Assembly: GCA_026936335.1 (NCBI GenBank)
Contig: JAPMXV010000044.1
Span: 186,001 to 250,000 of the forward strand
Origin: Mantamonas sphyraenae STR306
Taxonomy: Eukaryota; Protista; CRuMs
Length of the DNA stretch: 64,000 bases
Reading direction: 5' to 3'
The position numbers and the translations under genes are program-made. The notes beneath the pieces are model-generated. The model worked only from the letters and a program-made list of their open reading frames with translations, searched no databases and had not been told where the DNA came from. Shown here one piece after another: positions 12,937-23,368 of this stretch (position 1 is its first letter; each line of letters starts with the position of its first letter).

Positions 12937-14194
12937 ATGTCGACGCAGGAGAGCACCAAGCAAAGCAGCAACGACGGCGGCAACGCACAGCTGGACGCGG
13001 AGAAGGAAGCCATGACGCAGTTCCGCGAGGCGTTCAACCACTTGCTGCGTGAGGAAGGCAAACGGGCCGAGTTTACGGAGGAGATGAAGGATGCACTGCG
13101 CGTGGCATTGAAGGGCATGCAGGAGCGCGTGCGTGAGAACCGCCTCGAGGCCGGGTGGGATGAGAACGACGTGTATGATGCCGAGCGGCCGTATCTTCGG
13201 GGCGAAGAGGAAAGCGCGGCCATCGCCGAACTGCGAGAGCTTGTCAACGAGAAGCTGGACGAAATCACGGAAGATTTTGACCAAGAGGATATGGATGAGA
13301 CACGCGCGTTCCTGGACAACGACTACACGTGAGTGGTGCATGGACTTTGGAAACGGGAGGGTGTGTTTGTTGGAGAGCTTGCTGACGACCGCCGCGTTTG
13401 CGACGTGGGACAAACACAGCTTGGTGCGATATCTGCGTGCACGTACATTGAACGTGGAGAAAGCATGGAAGATGCTCAAGGCATCGATCGAGTGGCGCCG
13501 AGAAAGTGAGTGTGTGGAGAGAGCAAAGGGGGCAAAAGGGAGAGGTTACGAAGGGAAAAGCGGCACGGGTGCTCACGTTGTGGGCTCGCCACACGCAGAC
13601 CACCCGGAGACAATGATCTGTGAAAAGTGCGAAAAGTACCATCGCATGCACGACACACGTCTGGTGGGCTTTGACAAGATGGGCCGGGCGGTGATCTACT
13701 CGTGTTTCAAGCAGGCGCTGACAACGGAGCCGTACGGAGCGACGCAGCACCTGAATGTGTGCGTGGAGCAAGCCATCGAATGCGGACGATCCATGCGCAG
13801 CATGCTGGCGGAAGAAAAGGACAAATTGCTGGAATCGCTGGAAGAAAAGGTGCTTTGGGTGCAGTGCTTCGAGGGTTTCGGGTACAAGGACATGGATCCC
13901 AAGGGCGGGAACATCATGCTGGACATCTTTGCCAACCACTATCCAGAGCGCATGCAAAAGATTATCCTCGTGGATGCACCGTACCTGTTTTGGGGCTTGT
14001 GGAAGGTGCTGCAGGTGGTCATGCCGCAGGAGATCAAAGACAAGGTGTTGTTTTGCTACACCGACAGCGACGGCCCGGAGAAGTTTGCCGAGGTGTTTGA
14101 CGTCGAGTTGACCGAGTATCTGTTGGAGCAGATCAAGCTGGACAAAGAGAACGATCCGGAGCCATGTCCACAGGAGTTTGAGGAATTCAAATAG
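12937..14194 (+). CDS. CRAL-TRIO (Sec14-like) lipid-binding protein, 3 exons
   Basis: LVRYLRARTLNVEKAWKMLKASIEWRR, GFDKMGRAVIY, HYPERMQKIILVDAPYLFWGLWK. Confidence 0.9.
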
Positions 14195-14234
14195 AGTGCG
14201 CGCGGCGCGGCACGTCGAACGAATGAATTGTATA

Positions 14235-14343
14235 CAGCCATTCTCAAATCAGCGCGCTGATGCCAAGCCAGCGCGCTGATGTCGAATGGCTGCTCTGTGC
14301 CAACGCTTTATTTGCGTTTGACTTCAATCACGTGTTATCGTGA
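14235..14343 (-). ncRNA. Candidate omegaRNA scaffold of Fanzor A
   Basis: Lies directly after the Fanzor stop. Stems: ATCACG/CGTGAT (14327-14344), AACGC/GCGTT (14302-14318), and a nested 12-bp plus 9-bp stem (14235-14292) ending at the element terminus. Confidence 0.7.
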
Positions 14344-17300
14344 TCAGGTGCTCTCATTCTCGGTGTCCACAAGCGGTTGGTTGCGTTGAAGGTGGTTGGG
14401 GCGGCCGCCCGTCAAACACAGCAGTAAACCTGCGTAAGCAATGTTGATCGCAGCGTTGATGTCACGGTCCACGCATCGCCTTGCTGTGTTGTACGTCCTT
14501 GCCACCATCGATCTTGCCGCCCCACCGACAGTCGCTTCGTGGCGGCTCGTCTTGTCCGCCTCCCAGCACGCCTCGCACACCTTGACCCGGCCGAACGGTT
14601 TCACAGAGCCCATCTCCGGCACCCAATTCAACTCTGCTCCACATGTAGCACAACATTTGCTCGTATTGAACTCGTTCACGGTCAGGACAAGGTGCTGCGT
14701 TGCGATAAAGTCGCACCAGCTCTCGAAGCCCCCCGCAATGCCCTTCCATGTGACCTTGCCGACAAAGTAGATCACCTTGTCCGTGCTCTCCTCCTCTCCG
14801 GGTCGCTTGCAGGCGTTGTTCATCAGCTGCTGGGCGTCTCTGTTCTGCCAAACTTTGTGCACGTGCCTCATCTCGCGCGCGTCGATCGAGTCTCGCTCTT
14901 TGCCCACGCCGTGTCTCTGTGCAGCAAAGTGGTGATTGTCCCGCCTGCTGGCGTTGTTTGTGAGCCTGGGGATAGTCCAGAAGTCCGCCACCTCGCCACG
15001 GTGCCCCTGCCGTTGCAACAGGCGCAGCACAACCGTGTGGCACTTGGTCTCTCCGGGATCGGTGGCTGCGATGTTGTATGTGCGCAGAAGCTGCACCGTG
15101 CGCGTGCGCTCTTCGTCGGTTGTTGGAGGCCGAATGGCAGCCACACTCAGCTTGCCACATGCCACATCACCGTGCTCCTTGCATCCCAACCTCTCCCAGA
15201 CACCGTGGAGATGCGGAGGGAGAACCCCGTCAACGGTCGTGGTGCCGTAGAAATGGTACAAACGCTTGAGAACAACAATCGCCTTGAGTGTTGTCCACGC
15301 CTTTGGCTTCACTGCACTCGCGTATGCTTCTGCCCGGGATGTCGGCTCCAGGAGTTCCAGCAGAGTGTACGTCGGTGTCATATTGTTGTCGTTCCAGAAC
15401 TGCCGAATCGTGTCCATTGGCGTGGGCACGCGGAACAGCAGCACCTTCACAACTGTACCACAGACCACTGCGCTCCCCGTCACGCACGCGAGCATTCGGC
15501 TGCCCAGAGATCCGATCTCAGGCACCCACGACAACAAGCACGCCGGTGCTTGTTGCTCCCTTCTGTTCCTTTGCTCGTGCGGCACCTCATCTCCAAACAC
15601 ATCGAAGATTGCGAACCTGTGCCACGTCCGGTCGTCTTCTTCTTTTGTAGCTGGGGCAGGGAGGTGGTCTTTGTCGTAGTAGCGATCAATGTTCTCCAAG
15701 GTGGTGGGGCTGATCGTCACCGCACTGGCGAGTGAGCGTGCGTTTTCAGCCACACCACGTGCGGTGCCGCTGAACACGGCGTCTGCCAGTGTGCTCATGT
15801 TGCCATGGACGCCGTTCGCAAACGCATGCCAATTGGATAGCTTCGATTCCATCAGCTGCTCCTTCAGTGCCTTCTGTTCATCCGCCCAAGAAGAATTTGC
15901 CGAGTACTGCGCGTGTACGAAGCGCACACCCAACTTTCTCAGACGGGCCTTGACAACTGTATCGGGCTTGCTGTAGTGGGCAGCCATGGTTTCCACCATC
16001 TTTGTGTACGGCATCATCTTTGCCTTGGCCTCCAGCCCGGCAAACGCGGCGGCTGTTGCGTTGCGGGTGGCCAGCGACCGGACCTCACCCACAGCCGCTG
16101 TCGCTGCCTCAAGCGGAAAGTACTTTGCCAGATGGGTCCACAGGGGGCGATGGTCATGCGGATGACCGTGCCCAAGGTCCCCCAGTTGCAGAAGAACAAG
16201 CTGGCCTTCATCAGCACCCACTTGTGTCTGCACGTCTGGGTACCGGTGTTGCCAGTCCCGTCGGTGCGTATTGAGGACCAACACGGTGTGTGTGGAGTCG
16301 GCATGTGCCATGGCCTCGGCACACTCCTTGAGCCACCTGTGTGCCACATTCACGTCACCATAGAACGCCTTCTCCAGCAGGTCGAGCACCTCCCCTTCGG
16401 ACTGTGATTCACCAGCGGCGTCCTCGTCCTCGTCCTCGTCCTCCTCCTTCTCCTCGCAGTCAAAGAACCCATCTTCGTCGTCTGACACTTCGTGCTTGGG
16501 GTCCTCGTAGTCCATGTCCTTGCCATCATCACAGGCGACCTCCTCAACTTCCACACGCCGACGCTTGTTCGGCATCGCACGCACTCGCACCCGCAGAAGG
16601 CGCTTGCCTGTGGGCAGGGATTCTGCTCGCTTGGCCTCTTCGGCTGCACGCCTCTCTTCCGATGCCCTCTGTTCTGCGAGGAGCCGTCCCTCAGACCGCA
16701 GAGCGTGAGGGACTGCCGTGTTGAACGCTCGCACCAAGGCGTTGTTTGCTTCCGCAAAGCGTACGAGAAATTCACGCCGTTGCGTTGCTGCGTGGTCCTG
16801 CCTACGTGGCTGACTCACGGTGGCGATCCCCAGATTGTTTCCTGTGTGCGGCACCCTGTTTCGTGGGCCGACAGGGTTGGAGTAAAACGCTTTGATCGCG
16901 TTGGTGACGCTCTTCTCCGTACGCAGTGTCCTGGACACCTGCTTGACTGTTTGCTCCAGGGCGCCGCTCTTGCTCTGCAGGTGGCTGTTGGCAGTCTGGG
17001 CGGCACTCGAAGCCGTTGTGGTTTGGTGTTTCTTGCGCGCACTCTGCAGCTGGCTGCTGTGCTCTGGTGGCAGCGTCACTGCTTGCAGATCATGCTTGAT
17101 GGACTCTGCCACAGCGGCGTGGTAGGGACAACCCGCTGGCCCCCGGATGACGACGCGTCCGTCCTTGACGGACACCTCGAGCTGCATCGATTGCACCAGC
17201 TCGTCCTCCCGCAGGCGATTGATCACTCGCGTGAGCACAGGCGTGGTCCAGTCGTCCACCACATCCTCCAGCTCGCAGGCTCCCTCTGCAGCCCAGGCGG

Positions 17301-19498
17301 CCGTCTGGAAGTGGCCGCCTCCCCATTCCATCTCGTCGTCGGCCTTGTTGTCGACGAACAGCGCATCGACCAGGTCGCTGTCGCATGTGAAGGCGTTGTG
17401 CACTCGCACATCCTGTGCCCATGGGTCATCTCCCCCTCGCTTTTGTCGTCGAGATCGCCTCCTCTTTGCCTGCTTGCTCTTTCGTCCCGGATGAGTCATG
17501 CTGACCGCCCTGCGTGGCGCCCTCACCACGGGACTGCACACCATGTGGTTGTCCTTGTCCACCACAAACACCAACGGCGAGTCCACGTTCTTGGCCACCT
17601 CCAGCGTCACCGTCCTCGTTTGTGCCAGCAAACAATCTGCCAGGCCGTCCAGGTCGGCCAATGTGATCGCTGTCGCGCCCCACCTCAGATAGTTCAGGCA
17701 TACCCTGAACAGCATCTGTGCGTTGGCACCCAGCTTCTGGCACAGAGTCCATAGGGCTTTGCGCTCCACTTCCTTCGTGTCAACGTCTCCGTGCGCTTCA
17801 GTGTCGAAAATGTACTTGTCTTGCTTGCCAAAGTCGTGCACGTTGTGGACACGCATGGCTCGCGCGTACCGTTTCTCCAGCTGCACCCACTCCTCGTCAC
17901 TGGCAGAATCGATCATCTCGATGAACCACTCGTAGGTTCCGGGAGACGCATGTTGGCTGAGTTCCAGGTACGTGTTTTTCAGCTTTGCGGCAGACGAGAC
18001 AAATGGTGGGATTTGAAACCCGGCCTCAAGTGCCTTCTTGGCCAACTTGAACGGAACAGTAAGTTCCCAGGTTGCAACGTCTCCGCGGCCGGTGAATGAC
18101 GCCAGCCGCGCAGCGGCTAATCTAGTTGCGGGCTTGATGCACAGCAGGCTACTGCGGGTGGGGTTTACAATGCACAGGTCCTTCATGGTGGTGGGACAGG
18201 CCCACGTGTAGTCAGAGTCGTGTGACACAACGACGGCCAGAGTGTTGTCTTTTTCCATGGCCAGGTCGGTCCATGTTGCCTGAATGACATCATCAGCGCT
18301 GCGGCCGGCCGCGTGTCGCACGTGCCACCTGGGGCTGTCGGAGGTATCCACCAACAGCTCTGGGAGTTGCTGGTAAACCTCATCCTTTGTGTACGGGCGC
18401 TGTGTGGGGTGCTGCGGGTGAGAAAAGGCGAGCAGGCACATGGGCAAAACGCATGGGCAAATCGTACAGGGGACGGGGATCTTACCTGAGCAAGCGCTGA
18501 CGCTGCCTTGCTGTATGATTGTAGCGTAGCCTCCAGGTGCTGCACACGCTTCGGGTATGTGACATCGGTGGTTGCAAACAGAGCTGGGTGGCTGTCGATA
18601 AAGAGCTGGATGTCGATCTCGATCCCCTCGATCAGGCCCGCGTTCAGGCCCGCGTGTACCTTTGTCAGCACCTCCACAATGTTCTTGACCATACCCTGCA
18701 TGGCGGCTGCTCGATTCTTCTCGTCTGCTTCGAGCACACGCTTCATTCCGGCCATGAAGTCTGCGTAGGGGGGGGGGGTGGAGATTTTGTGAGCAGCTGG
18801 GAGGGAAGCATGAGATTTCACGCGCTCTGCGCACACAGGCGGAGGTACACACACCGACGGCTCTGTGGCGTCCGCTCAGGGCCAGTACGCATGCATTCAC
18901 CCTTTTGAAGCCGGGCCACAACACGTAGTTGAGCCTGCCCGACGGACAAGCTCGCTCGCAACAAAAAACGCATTCCCAAAAAACGCATTCCCAAAAAACA
19001 CTCCCACCGCCACGCGGCCTTACACAGGTCCCCACAGTCGATCAACACCACCAGCTTTGGAGCGTTGCTACTGCTGCTGCTACTGCTGCTGCTGCTGCTG
19101 TTGCTGCTGCTGTTGTACAGCTCCCAGGCCGTTGTGCAACCTGTAAGCACAATTTCGCCCCAGCGCTGCATCTTGCCGCCCTCCTTGGTCTCCACCACCT
19201 CCAGCATTGTGTTCTCGCACTTTGACATCACGAAGTCGGCAATGGGCGTCTTTCCCAGCGCGAAGCGACTGCGTCTGGCCTCGTACTTCCACACAGCCGG
19301 CACCTGAGTCTCATCGGGTTGATTCACCTCCACATCAAAACGCTGCATCAACGGTCCACCTTCAAGGCTCATCTCGTCGACGCGTTTCACAGCACGGGTC
19401 CCACATTGCGACAACAACGTTGCCTCTATGCCAGCAAGTCGGAGTTCCACGTCCACGTCATTCTCGCTGAGGCTGACGCCACTGCTGCTGGTCGACAT
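14344..19498 (-). CDS. Giant Fanzor1-type (TnpB-related) RNA-guided endonuclease, spliced; 5' exon structure uncertain
   Basis: RuvC-I ATDPGET (D at 15058-60), RuvC-II VNEFNTSKCCATC (E at 14671-73), Zn finger CxxC..CEAC, RuvC-III DRDINAAINI (D at 14461-63), C-terminal GGRPNHLQR. In-frame GTAAG..CAG intron ~18400-18485. Confidence 0.88.
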
Positions 19499-21218
19499 GT
19501 CGCTTGGTGGCTGCCACAGCGCATCGAAACCACGGGTCGTGCATTCCATTGTGCTACAGCACAACGCGTCAGGCCCCCTTGGTTTGCCCGCAGTGCGCAA
19601 TGTGCGTGTGCGTGTGCGAGCATGCGTGCACGCAACCCATCATCGTCCTTTTCGGCATGTTACAGACGAACTGCACATTCCTTCGCCAGAGAGGTCTTGC
19701 ACTCAAGCACAGCGTCAATTCTGTGTGCTCTGTGTGCTTCAAGAGAACGAGGAACGAGCAACAAACAATCCACAAGTCTACGTCCATCGACCAACCCCTG
19801 CAAGCACCGTCGCGGCGCGTCGAACGAGGAATGCACAGCTGCGTGGTAGGCGCGACATCGGTGGAATGTACAGTAGCGTGCCTTGCGCGAATAGCTTTCG
19901 TCTTTCAAGGACTACTTCGGTTACTTTGAATTGTAGCACCAGTGCCTGCGCTCTTTTCCCACTTGCACCATCCACCGGGTCCTTTCAAGCATACACCCGG
20001 TGATGACACAAAAAGAGAGCGTGCATTCATAGTTGAATGAGTGCACACACAGGTTTCGGCGCACCCTTTGCTCCCCGTTTGCTGGTCACACGCTCCTGCA
20101 TGGCCCGGACTCGGGCCCCAGGGGCCACCGTAGCTCACTCAATCTGCCCAAGTGCACTTGCTGCTGCACACCGACGCCTGATCAGCGCCCACCCAGCACA
20201 ATACTTCCACACACAGCACAGATACTCATCCAAGCGCCTCTGCTTGATGTGGGGGCACATCTCGTCAGTCGCCTGCTGCGATGTGGTGAATGGTACGACA
20301 CACGGGCGCTCAGCCCAAGCACATCAGGGCGCACAATGCTTTCCGGGATCTTTTGCGTTCGTGCCGTGGCTGCGGCATACGACCCACGAGCGACGAGAAG
20401 TGCCATTTGTGCGTGTCTTTCTCGTACCGCATCATACAAGGGTGCCTCATTTTCTCGACATCACCCACAGTTTCACCCAGCCTTGGCAAACAAGTGTTCG
20501 AGGCCAACACGGATTGTTGGACTCCAGATCCGCATGTCGACTTGATGTCAACCTACGAGCGTCACCCAAGGCTACAACTCCACAGCATCACTTTATCCGC
20601 GTCCTCATAGTCTGGGATCAGTTGCGTGACAAAGCACCGGGGCGCATGGGTGATCAGAGTGGGAGGACGCGAGTAGGACAGGAGACACCGGCGGATTTGC
20701 CACGGCTTTGTGCTTCCTCCTGCTTCAACAAATACAAGCGCAGAAGAGGCGCATATTGGTGCTGAATGCAGGTGTGTCGGGTATGTGCGGTGGTGCCAGT
20801 TGGTTGGTCGGCGTGCACGTCCTCCGCTCCGTTTGGATGTTTGAGTGAGACAGCCGTCTCATCGGCGTCAAGTGCCATCGGCAGTGCGGGGGTGCCATGG
20901 ACAGCATCCAACGCGCGCCTGAGTGTTGAGAGAGCCTGGTCGCAAAAGCAAGCTCATAGTTTGGAGACGAAATATATAATTGTGCGGTGACTGGATTATC
21001 AACACGCAGTGTGGGATGCCGCAAACGAGGAAGCTTTGTTCTCCGGGGACAGCGGAGCCGATGGCAACGGCTACAGCGGGACCACGCATCGTTACCATCC
21101 ATTGTGCCGCCGACAGCGCTCCTCCACACTTTCGGGCCCACTAAGACCTCACTCATGGTGAGTACGGATTTTTCTAATACCCCATGTGGAGGGAGTGGCT
21201 GCAACCAGTCCATAATCA

Positions 21219-22241
21219 TCACACTCTGTACCCACAGTTGCGTCCCCACGCTCGCACATCGCGATTCGTAGTCATTCGCAGACAGTGTTCGATGGCAAAT
21301 GGTGTGCACACGTCGACTCGTGCGTAATGTCGCCTGAGCATAGCCTTGAGCTTGCTGAACATATATTCGATTGGATTCAAATGTGGGCTGTACGCGGGCA
21401 AGAACTCGACACGCACGCCAAATAGCGAACACAGTGTTAGTACTTCACTGCCCTTGTGGATGCTACAGTTGTCCATCACCAGCATGCGCATGCCCTGTGC
21501 TTGCATCCGTGGAAGCAGTTTGAAGCGCAGAAAGTGCACAAAGTCACGACGTGAGTACGATCCGGTGAGCATGTCGAATGCCACAATGCCATTGCGAGCC
21601 CTTGCATTGATAGCTGCCAACAGAGAGATCCGTGACTGGCGTGCTTGCAAGGCGTGGACAACGGCGTCACAGCCGGCTCGTGCTCGGCCGTACCGCCTCC
21701 AGCACGTGCGATTCTGCACTGCACTCTCGTCCAGAAACACAATGTTGGCCATTGTCATGTCGATGTCGTGCTGCATCAGTCGTTCAAACTCCTGGCGTCG
21801 ACGACGCACGTGTGCAAGGCTGCGCTCGCGTGGGACAACTGCACACTGCTTGCGCGTCCATTTCATGCGCTTGAGGGCACGAAAGATGGTTGAAAGAGAT
21901 GCATGCACATGGCGCTGTTGGAACAGACGGCTCTGCAGTTCATCGAGGAACAGAGTGCAGTCCAAGCGAAGCTCATCCTTCAGGAATGCATCATCAGCTG
22001 ACGTGAGCAGTCGTGGACGCCCTCCAGATCTGGGCAAGGGTGCCACGTGGTTCAGCCGTTGCAGCTGCTTGACATACTTGCGTACCGTGCTGGCTGCAAC
22101 TTTCCAAATTCGAGCCGTTGCTGCAGCGGAGCGTCCGCTCTGAATGTGGTCGTCCACCATACGTTGACGCAGTTCCAATGGAAGGGGATGCCCGGGTGTG
22201 AACATCCCACCGAGTGAATTCAATTTGGTTTGAACTGGCAT
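21219..22241 (-). CDS. IS630/Tc1-mariner DD34E transposase with paired-like HTH DNA-binding domain
   Basis: IVFLDES, LVMDNCSIHK, FLPAYSPHLNPIE (34 residues between D and E). GGRPR linker. Intact 340 aa ORF. Confidence 0.95.
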   Translation of the reverse strand: MPVQTKLNSLGGMFTPGHPLPLELRQRMVDDHIQSGRSAAATARIWKVAASTVRKYVKQLQRLNHVAPLPRSGGRPRLLTSADDAFLKDELRLDCTLFLDELQSRLFQQRHVHASLSTIFRALKRMKWTRKQCAVVPRERSLAHVRRRRQEFERLMQHDIDMTMANIVFLDESAVQNRTCWRRYGRARAGCDAVVHALQARQSRISLLAAINARARNGIVAFDMLTGSYSRRDFVHFLRFKLLPRMQAQGMRMLVMDNCSIHKGSEVLTLCSLFGVRVEFLPAYSPHLNPIEYMFSKLKAMLRRHYARVDVCTPFAIEHCLRMTTNRDVRAWGRNCGYRV

Positions 22242-22539
22242 TGTCGTCGTGCAATCGTTTGCTTGGGACGCTGGGCGGTAGACGATACAAGCGCCACATA
22301 CAGACATACGCATGCGTATGGACGTTGGAGTCATAAATGGATGACATAGACGACTTTGGTCATCTTTGTCTTCAGGAAGGAAACACAAGCAGTGGAAACC
22401 TCGATACGACCAAAGAGGAGAACGACTTGGGTGATGTTGAAAGCACTTTGTGGGCAGCAATATCACGTAGCCATGTACTTGTGGGAGACCTCATGGACAC
22501 ACGGGTCTTTGTTGCCCGCCATCATACGCCCAACTACTA

Positions 22540-22563
22540 AGCGCGCTCAAAAGAAAAACCCTA
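22540..22563 (-). repeat. Inner TIR (left end of sub-element A)
   Basis: AGCGCGCTCAAAAGAAAAACCCTA followed by TA. 18/22 identical to 26592-26613, and a 15/24 inverted match to 14235-14258. Confidence 0.65.
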
Positions 22564-22565
22564 TA

Positions 22566-22882
22566 CCCTATATGCCGCGAGGCAGTGGAGGAGTGAGGTG
22601 GTGTGCGAGCTGGTGGAGGCCGGGGCGAACGTGCAGGTGCGAGATGTGAACGGTGTCACGCCGCTCATCGCGAGCTGCGGAACAGGGTGCACGGTCAAGA
22701 CAGAGAGGCTTTTGCGTGCTGGCGCGGACGTGTTTGTGTGTGGAGATGATGGGAGGACGGCGCTGGATGTTGCTGTGGAGAGTGGGAATTTGGAGCGGGT
22801 GTGGCTGTTGGTGGACAGCGGGGCGGATGTGAACTCGGTGAGGGATCGGAGGGAGTTGATGGAGGAGTTGGGAGGGGGATGA
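22566..22882 (+). pseudogene. 5'-truncated ankyrin-repeat gene fragment
   Basis: LYAAR..ELVEAGANVQVRDVNGVTPLIA..LLRAGADV..GRTALDVA..LLVDSGADVN. The frame begins at the TIR/TA junction with no ATG. Confidence 0.8.
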
Positions 22883-22966
22883 GAGGGGGTGGGGTGGTGG
22901 GGGGGAGGGGGGTTGGGGGGAGGAAGGAGTGGGAGGTCCACAAGAAAGGAGTCATCCAATACTGTA

Positions 22967-23368
22967 CTGTATTTGCAAAAGAGTGCGCGCAAGCGCATCG
23001 ATTACGCAGAGAGCGTGTAGTGTCAGTGACTGCATGTGTACGGGTGTGCGCGCACCCTTGGCTTACCATTATGCTTTGGCCCCCGGTTTCACGCCGCGGA
23101 CGCGCGCGCGAACGCACGTGTCCGCGGCGTCTCCGTTGACTAGCGGTTTCTTATCTTGCGCGGAATGAAGACCGCCCAGAAGTAGGCCATGATGTTTCCA
23201 TCACTGCCTGATGATTTCCTCCGATGATGGCCAGGGCTCGTTGTCCCTCGACCGCCATTTGCTCCCCCGATTTCATCGTTCGCCGTCAGCGTTCCACCTG
23301 TGTGTCGCGCTCGCTGATGCGCAACAACCCATTCGCATCATTTCTCGCCATCGCTCCTCTTCACCACT
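22967..23368 (-). ncRNA. Candidate omegaRNA region and right end of Fanzor B element
   Basis: Stems: ACGCCGCGGAC/GTCCGCGGCGT (23091-23130), GGGTG/CACCC (23042-23057), GCGGT/ACCGC (23143-23175), GGCCAT/ATGGCC (23185-23232). Ends at the TIR-like TA-CTGTATTTGCAAAAGAGTGCG. Confidence 0.55.

Noticed and set aside
18962-19005. 15-nt tandem repeat AAAAAACGCATTCCC (x2.5) as a CRISPR-like or guide array
   Set aside because: No spacers; a simple local duplication.
18400-19035. N-terminus of the 1563 aa ORF as given
   Set aside because: This frame reads through intron-like sequence; the alternative frame 18486-18827 joined by a GT-AG intron is more plausible.
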